Below are positions 17,300 through 26,648 of a stretch of 64,000 nucleotides of DNA, piece after piece; position 1 is the first letter of the stretch; each line of letters starts with the position of its first letter. Made by a program: the position numbers and the translations under genes. The stretch lies in the NCBI GenBank assembly GCA_958296385.1, contig OY282494.1, positions 415,416-479,415 on the forward strand. Direction: 5' to 3'. The DNA comes from an uncultured Dehalococcoidia bacterium (lineage in GTDB: Bacteria; Chloroflexota; Dehalococcoidia; Lucifugimonadales; UBA3495). Below the pieces are notes generated by a model. That model made no database searches. It was not told the origin of the DNA and worked only from the letters and a program-made list of their open reading frames with translations.

Positions 17300-18973
17300 T
17301 TACAGCGACCCGCTAATCGTTATATCCAGCAGCGCCGGTTTCCCGCTGGCAAACGCCCTTTGGATGGCCGGCCCGATTTCCGCGGGGTCGTCAACCCTTT
17401 CGCCGTGCACCCCCATCGCCTGCGCCATCAGCGACAGCTCCAGCCGGTTGGCAAAGTCCATCCCCACGTACTCCGAATCCCGCTCCCGGTCGTCCAGCAT
17501 ATCCCGCAGGTACACCTCCATGTTCACCTTCAGGATGCGGTACGCCTGGTTGTTGCAGATGGCATATACCACCGGAATGTTGTACCGGCTGGCCGTCCAC
17601 AGCGCCTGCACCGTGTACATTGACGCCCCATCCCCCACCACCGCCAGCACCGGCCGCTCCGGATGCGCCAGCTTGACCCCCAGCGCCCCCGGCATCGCCC
17701 ACCCCAGCGCACCGCCCCGTATGCCGTAGATGTCCCCCGCGTTCTTGAACTCAAAGGCCCGGTTCAGCGCCGGCCGCGAGGTAATCGACTCGTCTGCCAC
17801 GATAGTATCCGGCGGCACGGCGGCCGCCAGCTCGTGCATCATCCGCTCCACCGGCATCGGCTGATTGTCCCAGGTCGCCTTGATGCGTTCCTCATAGCGC
17901 GCGTCATCCCGCTGCCGGGCCGCGCCCAGCGTAGCGGCCCGCGTCGCGGCGGCCTCCCGCTGACTGCCGCTCAGCTCGGCGTCCAGCGCCTCGGCCAGGT
18001 CGGTCAGCCCCGCCGCCGGGTCTGCCAGGATGCCCACCTCGGTCGGGTACGTCTTTTCAATCTCCCAATAGTTGCTGTCCATATGAATCAGCCGCGCGTC
18101 CGGCTTGAGAAACGGCGTGTCCACGTACAGGAACGACGCAAACACGTCGGTGCCCACCGCCAGCACCACGTCGGCGTTCTCAAACTGGCGCGCCGTCGCC
18201 GGGCTGTTCAGGTTCAGCATCCCGCCCCACTGCGGATGCCCGGTTGGAAAGTTCACTTCCGAATAAGCCGTTGCCACCACCCGCGCCCCCGTCTGCTCCG
18301 CAACCCGCACCAGCGCGTCCACCGCCCCCGATTGCGCTATCCGGTCGCCCACCACGATTACCGGATGCTGCGCCGACGCCAGCAGCTCGGTAGCCGCCGC
18401 AATCGCCGCCGTGTCGGGCCGGATGCGGAAATACCCGGGCGACGACGCCGCAGCGTCAAACTCAATCTCCTCGTCCAGCGTATTCCACGGAAACGACACG
18501 AACACCGGCCCGGTTGGCGGCGTCTTGGCCTCTTTGAACGCCCGCCGGATTGCCACCGGAATATCCGACGCGTGCCGGATTTCAACACTCCACTTGGTGT
18601 ACTGCGCCGTCATCTCCACCAAGTCCCCCGACAGCACCGGCTCGCTAATCAGCATCCGCGTGTCCGAGTTGCCGGCCGTAAGCACCAGCGGCGTGCCGCC
18701 CCGGAAAGCGTTGTACAGCCCGCTGATGCCATTCGCCAGCCCGCCCGCAATATGAATGTTGGCAAAGGCCGGCTTGCCCGTAGCCCGCGCGTACCCGTCC
18801 GCCATCCCCACCGCCGTACCCTCCTGCAACGCCTGCACGTACCGCAGCTGCGGAAAATCCTGCAAACCGTCCAAAAACGGCGTCTCGCTGGTGCCAGGGT
18901 TCCCAAATATGTACTCAACCCCCTCCGCAACCAGCATCCGGGCCAAAGCGTGTTTCCCAAGCATCCTCGGCAT
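17300..18973 (-). CDS. thiamine-pyrophosphate-dependent enzyme (acetolactate synthase large subunit/benzoylformate decarboxylase-like)
   Basis: It has an N-terminal TPP-Pyr domain (GVEYIFGNPGTSETPFLD) and a C-terminal GDGASMYTVQALWTASRYNIPVVYAICNN TPP motif. ATG 18973 follows GGAGG; the TTG at 18985 in the track is less likely. Confidence 0.8.
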   Translation of the reverse strand: MPRMLGKHALARMLVAEGVEYIFGNPGTSETPFLDGLQDFPQLRYVQALQEGTAVGMADGYARATGKPAFANIHIAGGLANGISGLYNAFRGGTPLVLTAGNSDTRMLISEPVLSGDLVEMTAQYTKWSVEIRHASDIPVAIRRAFKEAKTPPTGPVFVSFPWNTLDEEIEFDAAASSPGYFRIRPDTAAIAAATELLASAQHPVIVVGDRIAQSGAVDALVRVAEQTGARVVATAYSEVNFPTGHPQWGGMLNLNSPATARQFENADVVLAVGTDVFASFLYVDTPFLKPDARLIHMDSNYWEIEKTYPTEVGILADPAAGLTDLAEALDAELSGSQREAAATRAATLGAARQRDDARYEERIKATWDNQPMPVERMMHELAAAVPPDTIVADESITSRPALNRAFEFKNAGDIYGIRGGALGWAMPGALGVKLAHPERPVLAVVGDGASMYTVQALWTASRYNIPVVYAICNNQAYRILKVNMEVYLRDMLDDRERDSEYVGMDFANRLELSLMAQAMGVHGERVDDPAEIGPAIQRAFASGKPALLDITISGSL

Positions 18974-19028
18974 TTTTACCTCCAAGAGTGAATCCGTAAG
19001 TTAAGCGGTTGCGATTTTGAGCGCCCCC

Positions 19029-19156
19029 GTTGTCATTCTACCCCCCCCCCAATGTCATTCTGAGCGCAGCGAAGAATCTCGATGGCGTAGCAGCGGCCTT
19101 GCCCCCAAAGTCTCCGCTGCCTCGTCGAGATTCTTCACTGCGCTCAGAATGACAAC
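19029..19156. repeat. palindromic intergenic repeat, copy B
   Basis: The left arm starts at 19051 (AATGTCATTCTGAGCGCAGCGAAGAATCTCGA) and the right arm ends at 19154. The apical segment is GCAGCGGCCTTGCCCCCAAAGTCTCCGCTGC. Confidence 0.9.
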
Positions 19157-19188
19157 AAGGGACGTTCAGACAGGCCGGAAACATGGCC

Positions 19189-19596
19189 CTACTGATACAC
19201 CATCCATTCCAGCAAGTTGTTGTCCGGGTCCCGCGCGTACAGGCTGACGGCCGGCAGCAGGCCCCGTTGCCGGGCCCCCTTGCGCGGCCCCGGCCCCCGC
19301 ACAATCTCCACCCCGGCATCGGCCAGCATCTGCTGGCAGTCCTCCACCGACCCGTCCCACACAAAGCAAATGTCCGTGCACCCCGGCACCGCCGTAGGCC
19401 CCCGGTAGTCGGCCATATACCCCTCCGGGTGCACGTTGATTTTGGAATCGCCCACCTGGATTGAGAATATGTTGGCCGTGCCGGCCCGCCATTCCGCCTC
19501 GTCGTTGATGGCAAACCCCAGCTTTTTGTAAAAGGCGATAATCCGCTCCGCATCAGCGGTCGGCATCGCGATATGGTCAATTCCTACGGTGGACAT
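19189..19596 (-). CDS. VOC-family (glyoxalase/bleomycin-resistance/dioxygenase) protein
   Basis: GIDHIAMPTADAERIIAFYKKLGF is a typical VOC beta-alpha-beta-beta-beta module. ATG 19596 follows GGAGAG. Confidence 0.7.
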   Translation of the reverse strand: MSTVGIDHIAMPTADAERIIAFYKKLGFAINDEAEWRAGTANIFSIQVGDSKINVHPEGYMADYRGPTAVPGCTDICFVWDGSVEDCQQMLADAGVEIVRGPGPRKGARQRGLLPAVSLYARDPDNNLLEWMVYQ

Positions 19597-19645
19597 AACA
19601 TTCTCTCCGTCGTTCAAGCTTTCGGTCGTTCAGATTATCTGATGT

Positions 19646-20515
19646 TCAGATTCGGGCCGCCGCCGTGTTGCTGCCGGCGCCGGCGCCGGCCGCCGCCGTG
19701 CTGCGCAAAAAGTCCAGGATGATGCGCTGCGTTTCGCCGGCGGCAGCATTAGTCATGAGCCCATGCTCGGCCCCCGCAATAATCCGCAGCTCCGATTGCG
19801 GTATCCCCTCCGACAGGCTGATGCCGCACTCCACCGGGATGCGGCTGTCCGCGTCCCCGTGCACCACCAGCGCCGGCATTTTCAGCTCCCCCAGCCGTTC
19901 CTCCAAAGAATCCCCGATGTCCACGTAGGCTTGCTGCGTAGCCGCAATTCCGTCAATGCGATGCAGATTCTCCCGTGCAATCCGCGCAAACCGTTCCGGC
20001 TCGTCGGCTTGCATATCAGGAAACCGTTCCGCAATCGCCCGCTCCGCCGCCGCCTCGCGCCCCTCCCCGGAGATTCGTTCCTTGAGCCGGCGCAATTCGG
20101 CTTGACGAATTTCCCGTTGCGCCGCCTGCGAGTACGTCATCGTATTAATCAGCAGCAGGCTGTCGGTCATATTGGGATACCGCAGCCCAAACTGCAAAGC
20201 GATTGGCCCCCCGGCCGACGACCCCAGCACGTGGGCCCGGCTGATGCCAACATAGTCCAGCAGCCCCTTAAGGTCCCGCGCGCAGTTCGGCATATCGTAC
20301 CCCACGTTAGGCGCGTCCGACTGCCCGCAGGCCCGCCGGTCGTAAAACACGCACCGATACTCCGCCGACAGCGCGTCAGCCTGCCGGTTAACCGTATCCC
20401 GGCAGCCATCGCCGCCCCCCAACCCCCCGTGAATCAAAACCAGCGCCGGCGCATCATCCGCCCCCAGCGCCTGATAGTGCATCCGAAACCCATTAATCTC
20501 AGCAAAAGCCATCAT
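19646..20515 (-). CDS. alpha/beta-fold hydrolase
   Basis: It has LIHGGLGG, a GSSAGG nucleophile elbow, and a C-terminal HGDADSRIP...GAEHG. Confidence 0.75.
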   Translation of the reverse strand: MMAFAEINGFRMHYQALGADDAPALVLIHGGLGGGDGCRDTVNRQADALSAEYRCVFYDRRACGQSDAPNVGYDMPNCARDLKGLLDYVGISRAHVLGSSAGGPIALQFGLRYPNMTDSLLLINTMTYSQAAQREIRQAELRRLKERISGEGREAAAERAIAERFPDMQADEPERFARIARENLHRIDGIAATQQAYVDIGDSLEERLGELKMPALVVHGDADSRIPVECGISLSEGIPQSELRIIAGAEHGLMTNAAAGETQRIILDFLRSTAAAGAGAGSNTAAARI

Positions 20516-20590
20516 CCAACCTCAACAGCGGCAACATCCCGCCCCAATATAGCCCCAACCCGCAGGGGTGGCAACCCAAACGCCGGAGCA

Positions 20591-20805
20591 GGCAGCGTTC
20601 CGTTTTAGGCGGTTTAGTTTCCCTAATGTCATTCCGCCCCTCTCCCCCCAATGTCATTCTGAGCGCAGCGAAGAATCTCGAAAGCGTAGCAACGGCGTTA
20701 CCCTCAAAGTGTGCCCTACGTCATCGAGATTCTTCGCTGCGCTCAGAACGACATTCGGAATGGCCGGCGGTGGGCTGATTAAACCACCTAAAACGCAACG
20801 CTGCC
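20591..20805. repeat. palindromic intergenic repeat, copy C, nested inside a second outer inverted repeat
   Basis: The inner hairpin spans 20650-20753. The outer arms are GGCAGCGTTCCGTTTTAGGCGGTTTAG (20591-20617) and TTAAACCACCTAAAACGCAACGCTGCC (20779-20805), complementary at 24 of 27 positions. Confidence 0.85.
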
Positions 20806-20877
20806 GCCGGCGTAACGGGCCTACCCCCAAACGCCGGTATGCTAAAATACCCATCCAATACCGGACTGACTGCCGCC

Positions 20878-22074
20878 ATGACCACCCAGGGCCACATATA
20901 CTTTGACCACGCCGGCACCACCCCCATGGAGCCCCGCGTCCTGGAGGCCATGCTCCCCTACTTTACCCGGCTCTACGGCAACGCCTCCAGCGTGCACACC
21001 GTAGGCCAGGAAGCCCGCTACGCTCTTGACGGCGCGCGGGAGCGGGTGGCCCAAGTGCTCAACTGCCGCAACCGCGAAATTGTGTTCACCAGCGGCGGCA
21101 CCGAGTCCGACAACGCCGCCATCCAGGGCGCCGCCATCGCCCTGGAGGAAACCGGACGCCACGTCGTCACCGCCAGCACCGAGCATCACGCCGTACTCCA
21201 CACCTGCCAGGTCTTGGAGAATCGCGGCTGGGAGGTAACCTACCTGCCCGTTGACGACTACGGCATGGTCACCCCCCAGGCCGTTCACAACGCCATCACC
21301 GCCGAAACCGCCCTGGTGTCGATAATGTACGCCAACAACGAAATCGGCACCATCAACCCCATCGCCGACATCGCCGCCGCCGTCCAGGCCCGCCGCCAGG
21401 AACTGAACCGCACCATCGTAATGCACACCGACGCGGTACAGGCCGCCGGCTTTCTCGACCTTGACGTGCGCCGCCTCGGGGTCGATATGATGAGCCTCTC
21501 CGGCCACAAGTTCTACGGCCCCAAGGGCGTTGGCGTGCTGTTCCTGCGGCGCGGCGTCCCCTACCTCCCCCTGATTACCGGCGGCGGCCAGGAGCGCGAG
21601 CGCCGCTCCGGTACGGAGAACGTCGCCGGCATCGTCGGCCTCTCCGTCGCCCTGCAAATCGCCGACGACAACCGCCAGTCGGTCAGCGCCCACTGCCGCG
21701 CTTTACGAGATTACATAATTGACGAAATCACCCGCCGCGTACCCGATTGCGTCCTGAACGGACACCCCACGGAGCGCCTGCCCAACAACGTCAACATCTC
21801 CATCGCCGGCGTTGACGGCGAACCCATCCTGCTCGGCCTGGACTTGCAGGGCATCGCCGCCAGCAGCGGCAGCGCGTGCAGCAGCGGTTCCCTGGAACCG
21901 TCCCACGTCCTGCTCGCCCTGGGCCAAACCGCCGAAACCGCCCGCGGCTCCCTCCGCATCACCCTCGGCAAAGACAACACCCAAGCCGAAGTTGACCGGA
22001 TGCTGCCCGCCCTGATCGGCATCATCAGCGACTTGCGCGCTCTCCCATCCCTAACCGGAACCGCCCATGACTAA
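20878..22074 (+). CDS. cysteine desulfurase (NifS/IscS class V aminotransferase)
   Basis: It has [10 protein letters not shown], the PLP-lysine motif [12 protein letters not shown], and the active-site loop SSGSACSSG. Confidence 0.85.
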   Translation: MTTQGHIYFDHAGTTPMEPRVLEAMLPYFTRLYGNASSVHTVGQEARYALDGARERVAQVLNCRNREIVFTSGGTESDNAAIQGAAIALEETGRHVVTASTEHHAVLHTCQVLENRGWEVTYLPVDDYGMVTPQAVHNAITAETALVSIMYANNEIGTINPIADIAAAVQARRQELNRTIVMHTDAVQAAGFLDLDVRRLGVDMMSLSGHKFYGPKGVGVLFLRRGVPYLPLITGGGQERERRSGTENVAGIVGLSVALQIADDNRQSVSAHCRALRDYIIDEITRRVPDCVLNGHPTERLPNNVNISIAGVDGEPILLGLDLQGIAASSGSACSSGSLEPSHVLLALGQTAETARGSLRITLGKDNTQAEVDRMLPALIGIISDLRALPSLTGTAHD

Positions 22075-22723
22075 CCCCATCCTCTCCCCCGCCGGCTGGC
22101 GAACCATACTGCTGGCCCTGGCGATAATCGCCATCGCCGTCGGCCCGGCCTGTTCGTCCCAATCCCCCAACATCGGCAAATACTACAAGGGCCGCATCCT
22201 CCACGTCAGCATCGCCGCCATGGAACGCGCCGACGAGCTGCGCTGGACCACCGGCCTCCGCCGCGCCGGCGCCGACCCCGCCGCCGAACAGTTCTACCGC
22301 CTCACCCCCGCCGACCCGGAGCACGAGCTAGTCCTGCTGCGCGTCAAAGTAGAGAACCACACCGCGACCCAAGCCGTCGTCAACCTGGATGGGCAGTCGG
22401 CCCAGCTGCGCGACTTCCTGCAAGGCCGCTACTTCCCCATTGACGTCGGCGAACGCGCCGCGGAGATCGGCGTCCCCGAAAGACCCGCCGACCGTTGCAG
22501 CTTCCCCGTCAACCCCGATCTGCCCGCAGTCTGCGTCCAGTTCCTCTGGAACGCCACTTACGAGGAAATGCAGCCCGACGGCCAGATTGCCCTGGTCCAG
22601 CGCGCCCAGCAGCTCCCCAGAGGCACCGGCCTGGACGGTTGGATGGTTTTTGAGGCCCCCCGCAATACCCAATTCCGCTCTTTCCGCTGGGGCTCCGGCG
22701 ACACCATCACGATTGATTTCTGA
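22067..22723 (+). CDS. putative lipoprotein, function unknown
   Basis: It has a signal peptide with a lipobox-like AVGPAC. The start overlaps the stop of the desulfurase gene by 8 nt. Confidence 0.55.
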   Translation: MTNPILSPAGWRTILLALAIIAIAVGPACSSQSPNIGKYYKGRILHVSIAAMERADELRWTTGLRRAGADPAAEQFYRLTPADPEHELVLLRVKVENHTATQAVVNLDGQSAQLRDFLQGRYFPIDVGERAAEIGVPERPADRCSFPVNPDLPAVCVQFLWNATYEEMQPDGQIALVQRAQQLPRGTGLDGWMVFEAPRNTQFRSFRWGSGDTITIDF

Positions 22724-22791
22724 TTCGCCGGCCCGCCGGCATCCCATCCGGCCCCGGTCGCTGACGATGCGATAGCTCGCCGCCCCCGGCC

Positions 22792-23400
22792 ATGAACCGC
22801 CGCCCCGCATCCCCCCCGCCGTCCGCCTGGCGCCGCCTCTTTCACCTGATTGCCGCCAGCATCGTTGCCCTGCTGGGCCTGGCCATCCCCGAACCGCAAT
22901 ACCTGGCCATCGTCGGCGCCCTCGCCCTGCTGTCGCTGGCCATCGACACCGCCCGCCTACGCATGGCCGCCTTCAACCAACTGCTCCTCCGCACTTTCGC
23001 CCCCCTGCTGAAAACCACCGAATCCGCCCAACTCACCGGCGCCACCTACGTCCTGATTGCCGCCTTTTTCGCCTTCTACTTCTACGGCGGCGCCGTCGCC
23101 GTGCCCGCCCTGCTCTTTCTGGCCGTCGGCGACCCCATATCCGCGTTGGCCGGAACGCGCGCCCCCGGCCCCCGCGTCTGGGGCAAATCCCCCGTCGGCT
23201 CAGCCGCATTCATCGCCGCATCCCTGACTGCCTGGGCCATAGTTGCCGCCCTGGGCTACGGCGCATGGTCCTGGGCGGTACTAATCGCCGCCGTCATCGC
23301 CGCCATCGTCGAGCTAATGCCGCTCCCCATTGACGACAACCTCACCATCCCCCTGCTGTCCGGCGCATCCCTGCTGCTGCTGACCAACGCCGGCCTCTAG
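22792..23400 (+). CDS. polytopic membrane protein (possibly CTP-dependent polyprenol/diacylglycerol kinase-like family)
   Basis: There are 5-6 hydrophobic segments. The family assignment is by weak resemblance only. Confidence 0.45.
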   Translation: MNRRPASPPPSAWRRLFHLIAASIVALLGLAIPEPQYLAIVGALALLSLAIDTARLRMAAFNQLLLRTFAPLLKTTESAQLTGATYVLIAAFFAFYFYGGAVAVPALLFLAVGDPISALAGTRAPGPRVWGKSPVGSAAFIAASLTAWAIVAALGYGAWSWAVLIAAVIAAIVELMPLPIDDNLTIPLLSGASLLLLTNAGL

Positions 23401-23437
23401 CCCCGGCCCCTACCCGGATCGTTCACCCCATGGCCAG

Positions 23438-24787
23438 TCACCCGGCCCCCCCGTCGTACTCCCGCACCGCCGCCTGCTGCCGCTGAAAGTTCAGATACGC
23501 CCCACGCGTCATCGCCGGACGGAATGACGACACCACTTGCCGCCCTTTCGCCCCCCCGTCGGCCAACAGGTCAATAACCGACATCGCCATTATTTTCGCC
23601 GGATTCACCACCGCCTGCTGGTAGTCGGTAATCAGATACTCGTTGCTGTGCCCCGCCCCCTGCGCCCCGCCGGTGTAAGGATGCACCGACGGCAGAATAT
23701 GGCTCAAATCCCCCATATCCGTTGACCCGCCCCGATTACGCGCTGGCGGCATCACCAGCACCCGGTTCTCGTTCAGCAGGTTCACCGAGTTTTGCCGGAA
23801 CAGATCCAGCAAGTGCTGGTCGTGGCGCATCGGCAAATAGCCGGGTATGTTAGTAATTGACACCGACGCCCCCACCGCCAGCGCCCCGGCCCGGAAGCAC
23901 CGATCCACAATCTCCGAGTTCCGCACCACCGCCTCCGGCGTCCCCGAGCGCACCCGCCATTCCAGCTTCACGTCCGACGGCACCGAGTTCACCGACTGCC
24001 CGCCCGCCGTCATTATCCCGTGTATCCGCACGGTATCCTGCTCCCGGTACAGCTCCCGGTTCGAGTTGATGGCCTGCAACGCAAAAGTCGCCGCGTTCAG
24101 CGCGTTAACCCCCAGATGCGGCGCGCTGCCGGCGTGCGCCGCCCGCCCGGTAAAGCGAACGTACTTCACGATATGCCCGTTGCTCGTGCCGCCCAGCGCA
24201 AAAGTGTGCGCCCCCATGTCGCTGGCGGTGTGGCACATCATCGCAATGTCCACGTCGTCAAACTCCCCCAGCCGAATCAGCTCCTGCTTCCCCCCCATAA
24301 ACTCAATCTGCCCGCTTTCCCGCAGCCCCAGCCGCCGCTCCACTTCAATAAACTCCTCGGCCGGCACCGCAAACGGCACAATCTCCCCGCTCAATTCCGC
24401 CAGCACCCGGGGCTGCGTCAGCCCCACCAGCGCCCCCAGCATCATCCCAATCTGGCAATGATGCCCGCAGGCGTGGGCCGCGTTGGTATCCGCCGCCGCG
24501 CTGGGATGCCCGTCCACAATCAGGCTGTCCAGCTCCCCGATGATTGCCACGCTCGGCCCCTTGCCCCCGCCCCCTTGCACCGCCCCTTTCACCCCGGTCA
24601 GCGCCAGCCCGGAGCGGTACTTGATGCCCAGCCTGGCCAGCTGCTCACCCACCACCCGCGCCGTCCGGTATTCGCTGTATCCCGGCTCCGGATGCTCCAG
24701 TATGTCCCGGGAAACCGCAATCAGTTCCTTGGCCCGGCGGTCAATTGCCTTGCAAGCGGCGGCTTTCAGTTCTGCTCGTGTTGCCAT
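23438..24787 (-). CDS. M20D-type amidohydrolase (paralog 1)
   Basis: Motifs HPEPGYSEYRTA, AHACGHHCQIGMMLGA and GRAAHAGSAPHLGVNALNA are present. The start was trimmed to ATG 24787 (MATRAELKAAACKAID). Confidence 0.8.
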   Translation of the reverse strand: MATRAELKAAACKAIDRRAKELIAVSRDILEHPEPGYSEYRTARVVGEQLARLGIKYRSGLALTGVKGAVQGGGGKGPSVAIIGELDSLIVDGHPSAAADTNAAHACGHHCQIGMMLGALVGLTQPRVLAELSGEIVPFAVPAEEFIEVERRLGLRESGQIEFMGGKQELIRLGEFDDVDIAMMCHTASDMGAHTFALGGTSNGHIVKYVRFTGRAAHAGSAPHLGVNALNAATFALQAINSNRELYREQDTVRIHGIMTAGGQSVNSVPSDVKLEWRVRSGTPEAVVRNSEIVDRCFRAGALAVGASVSITNIPGYLPMRHDQHLLDLFRQNSVNLLNENRVLVMPPARNRGGSTDMGDLSHILPSVHPYTGGAQGAGHSNEYLITDYQQAVVNPAKIMAMSVIDLLADGGAKGRQVVSSFRPAMTRGAYLNFQRQQAAVREYDGGAG

Positions 24788-24854
24788 CAGCGTAACCTCA
24801 GGGCATGGCCCCAGCGTAACCCCGGTAGTGACGTAACCCCGGTGCGATAATAAC

Positions 24855-26186
24855 TTAAACGTCGGCGTAGGTAATTTCGCTGGCCAGCCCGCGCATAAAC
24901 TCAATGTACTCGCGCGCGGTCATTTCCGCCCGGTGATTGGCAATCACCCGTCGCCCCTCGGCGGCGCCGTCCGCCAGCAGGTCAATCACCGTCGCCGCCA
25001 TCGACTTGGCGGCGGTAATCACCGCCAGCTGATAATCCTGCACCACGTAATCCGCGCCGTGTCCAATGCCCGTTGCGCCCCCCACGTAAGGATGGATAAC
25101 CGGCATCAGATAGCTAACGTCGCCCATGTCCGTGCTGCCCGTCCGGTGCTGGATGCGCGCCACGTTCTCCGGCCCCACCAGCGTATTGGCGTTGGCCTCA
25201 AAGATTTCCGCCATCCGCCCGTTCTGCATCAGCGGCAGGTAGCCGGGTATGGTCTGGATGTTCACCGTCGCCCCCATCGCCATCGCACCCGCCCGCAGCG
25301 CCCGGTCCACCTTGTGATTGGCGTCCATAATCGCGTCCAGCGTGCGCCCCCGCACAAACGTCTCCATCCGCACGTCCGCCGGCACCGCGCTAACCGCCTC
25401 GCCGCCTTTCGTGATGATGGGATGCACCCGCACCGTGTCGTTGTCCAGAAACGTCTCCCGGTTGAAGTGAATCGCCGACAGCGCCAGCGTTGCCGCGTTC
25501 AGCGCGTTGATTCCCAGATGCGGCGACCCCCCGGCGTGAGCGCCCCGCCCCACAAACTGGATTTTCTTGGCCAGCGTCCCGTTGCTGGTCCCGCTGACGC
25601 ACAGCTGCCGTTCCCCCGGCGTGCTGGTCGTATGCACCATCATTGACAGATGCACGTCGTCAAACTCGCCCAGCCGGATGAACTCCGGCTTGCCCCCCAG
25701 AAACTCAATCTTGCCCGCCCGTCGCAGCCCGTCCCGGTACTCAATCTCGATATATTCCTCCGCCGGCATCCCCATCGGCACAATCCGCCCGCTCAGGTTA
25801 GGCAGCACGTCCTTGTGCATCAGCCCCATCGTCGCCCCCAGCATCATCCCAATCTGGCAATGATGCCCGCAAGCGTGGGCCGCCCCCGTCTCCCCGTTGG
25901 CGTGCGGATGCTCGTTGACAATCAGGCTGTCCAGCTCCCCGATAATCGCCATCGTCGGCCCTTCGCTGCCCCCCAGAATCTCCCCCCGCAGCCCGGTCAT
26001 CCCGAGGCCGCTGCGAAACGGCACCCCCATCTCCGCAAACTTCTCCCCCACCAGCGCCGCCGTCTTAAACTCCCGGAACCCCGGTTCCGGATTGGCCAGA
26101 ATCTGCTTTGACAGATTAATCAGTTCGTCGGCCCGCTGGTCAATCTCCGCAAAAGCCTTGTCTTTCAATTCAACGGCAGTAGGCAT
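24855..26186 (-). CDS. M20D-type amidohydrolase (paralog 2)
   Basis: It is colinear with paralog 1 (NPEPGFREFKTA, AHACGHHCQIGMMLGA, GRGAHAGGSPHLGINALNA). Confidence 0.8.
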   Translation of the reverse strand: MPTAVELKDKAFAEIDQRADELINLSKQILANPEPGFREFKTAALVGEKFAEMGVPFRSGLGMTGLRGEILGGSEGPTMAIIGELDSLIVNEHPHANGETGAAHACGHHCQIGMMLGATMGLMHKDVLPNLSGRIVPMGMPAEEYIEIEYRDGLRRAGKIEFLGGKPEFIRLGEFDDVHLSMMVHTTSTPGERQLCVSGTSNGTLAKKIQFVGRGAHAGGSPHLGINALNAATLALSAIHFNRETFLDNDTVRVHPIITKGGEAVSAVPADVRMETFVRGRTLDAIMDANHKVDRALRAGAMAMGATVNIQTIPGYLPLMQNGRMAEIFEANANTLVGPENVARIQHRTGSTDMGDVSYLMPVIHPYVGGATGIGHGADYVVQDYQLAVITAAKSMAATVIDLLADGAAEGRRVIANHRAEMTAREYIEFMRGLASEITYADV

Positions 26187-26343
26187 CCCAAATCTCCGGC
26201 TGGACTATCGTCTGATTGATGGATCGTCTGATTGACGGCTCGTTATTTGACGGCTTGCCATCGGCTGGTTGTCAACATAACACCCCACCCAACGCCCCCC
26301 CGATGGTAGCACACCCCACCCCCCTTGCCTACCAAACCCACCC

Positions 26344-26460
26344 AATGCCATTCTGATCACCGCGCAGAACCCCAACGCCGCCGCAGCCCCCTTGCCCCCA
26401 AAGACACACCGAGGGGGTCTGGGGGAAATCATTTCCCCCAGCGTCCCCCCCTTACTCCCC
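26344..26460. repeat. variant intergenic repeat, copy D (diverged left arm plus GGGGGAAATCATTTCCCCC hairpin module)
   Basis: AATGCCATTCTGATCAC...GCAGCCCCCTTGCCCCCAAAG is followed by ACACACCGAGGGGGTCTGGGGGAAATCATTTCCCCCAGCGTC (hairpin at 26419-26441). This module is nearly identical to 38361-38405. Confidence 0.8.
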
Positions 26461-26522
26461 AAGCGCACGCCCCCCCGTCAAAATCCCCCGCCAAATCCAA
26501 AAAATCAATGACACCCCCCTAC

Positions 26523-26552
26523 TTGCCAAAACGCACATCCGTTCCCCATAAT
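26523..26552 (+). promoter_or_regulatory. candidate sigma-70-type promoter upstream of the structured element
   Basis: TTGCCA (26523-26528) is followed by an 18-nt spacer and CATAAT (26547-26552). This is a pattern match only. Confidence 0.3.
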
Positions 26553-26648
26553 AACCACATCGGGCATCTCAACAACCAATCCCCCCTCAGCCGTCCTCGC
26601 TCGAGAACATCCCTGAGGAACCGGGGCCATCACACCGCTAGCACAACC

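Noticed and set aside
19017-19247. Small ORFs translated from the palindromic repeats, giving peptides such as QCHSERSEESR. Examples are 19017-19247 and 20568-20906, with 20654-20854 and 20721-20951 on the opposite strand.
   Set aside because: The same peptide arises wherever the repeat occurs, on both strands. The ORFs lack RBSs and overlap better-supported features, so they are artefacts of repeat translation.
14431-20805. Interpreting the recurring 30-nt arms as a CRISPR array
   Set aside because: The copies are kilobases apart in separate intergenic regions. They are inverted rather than direct repeats and have no regular spacers. No cas genes are present.
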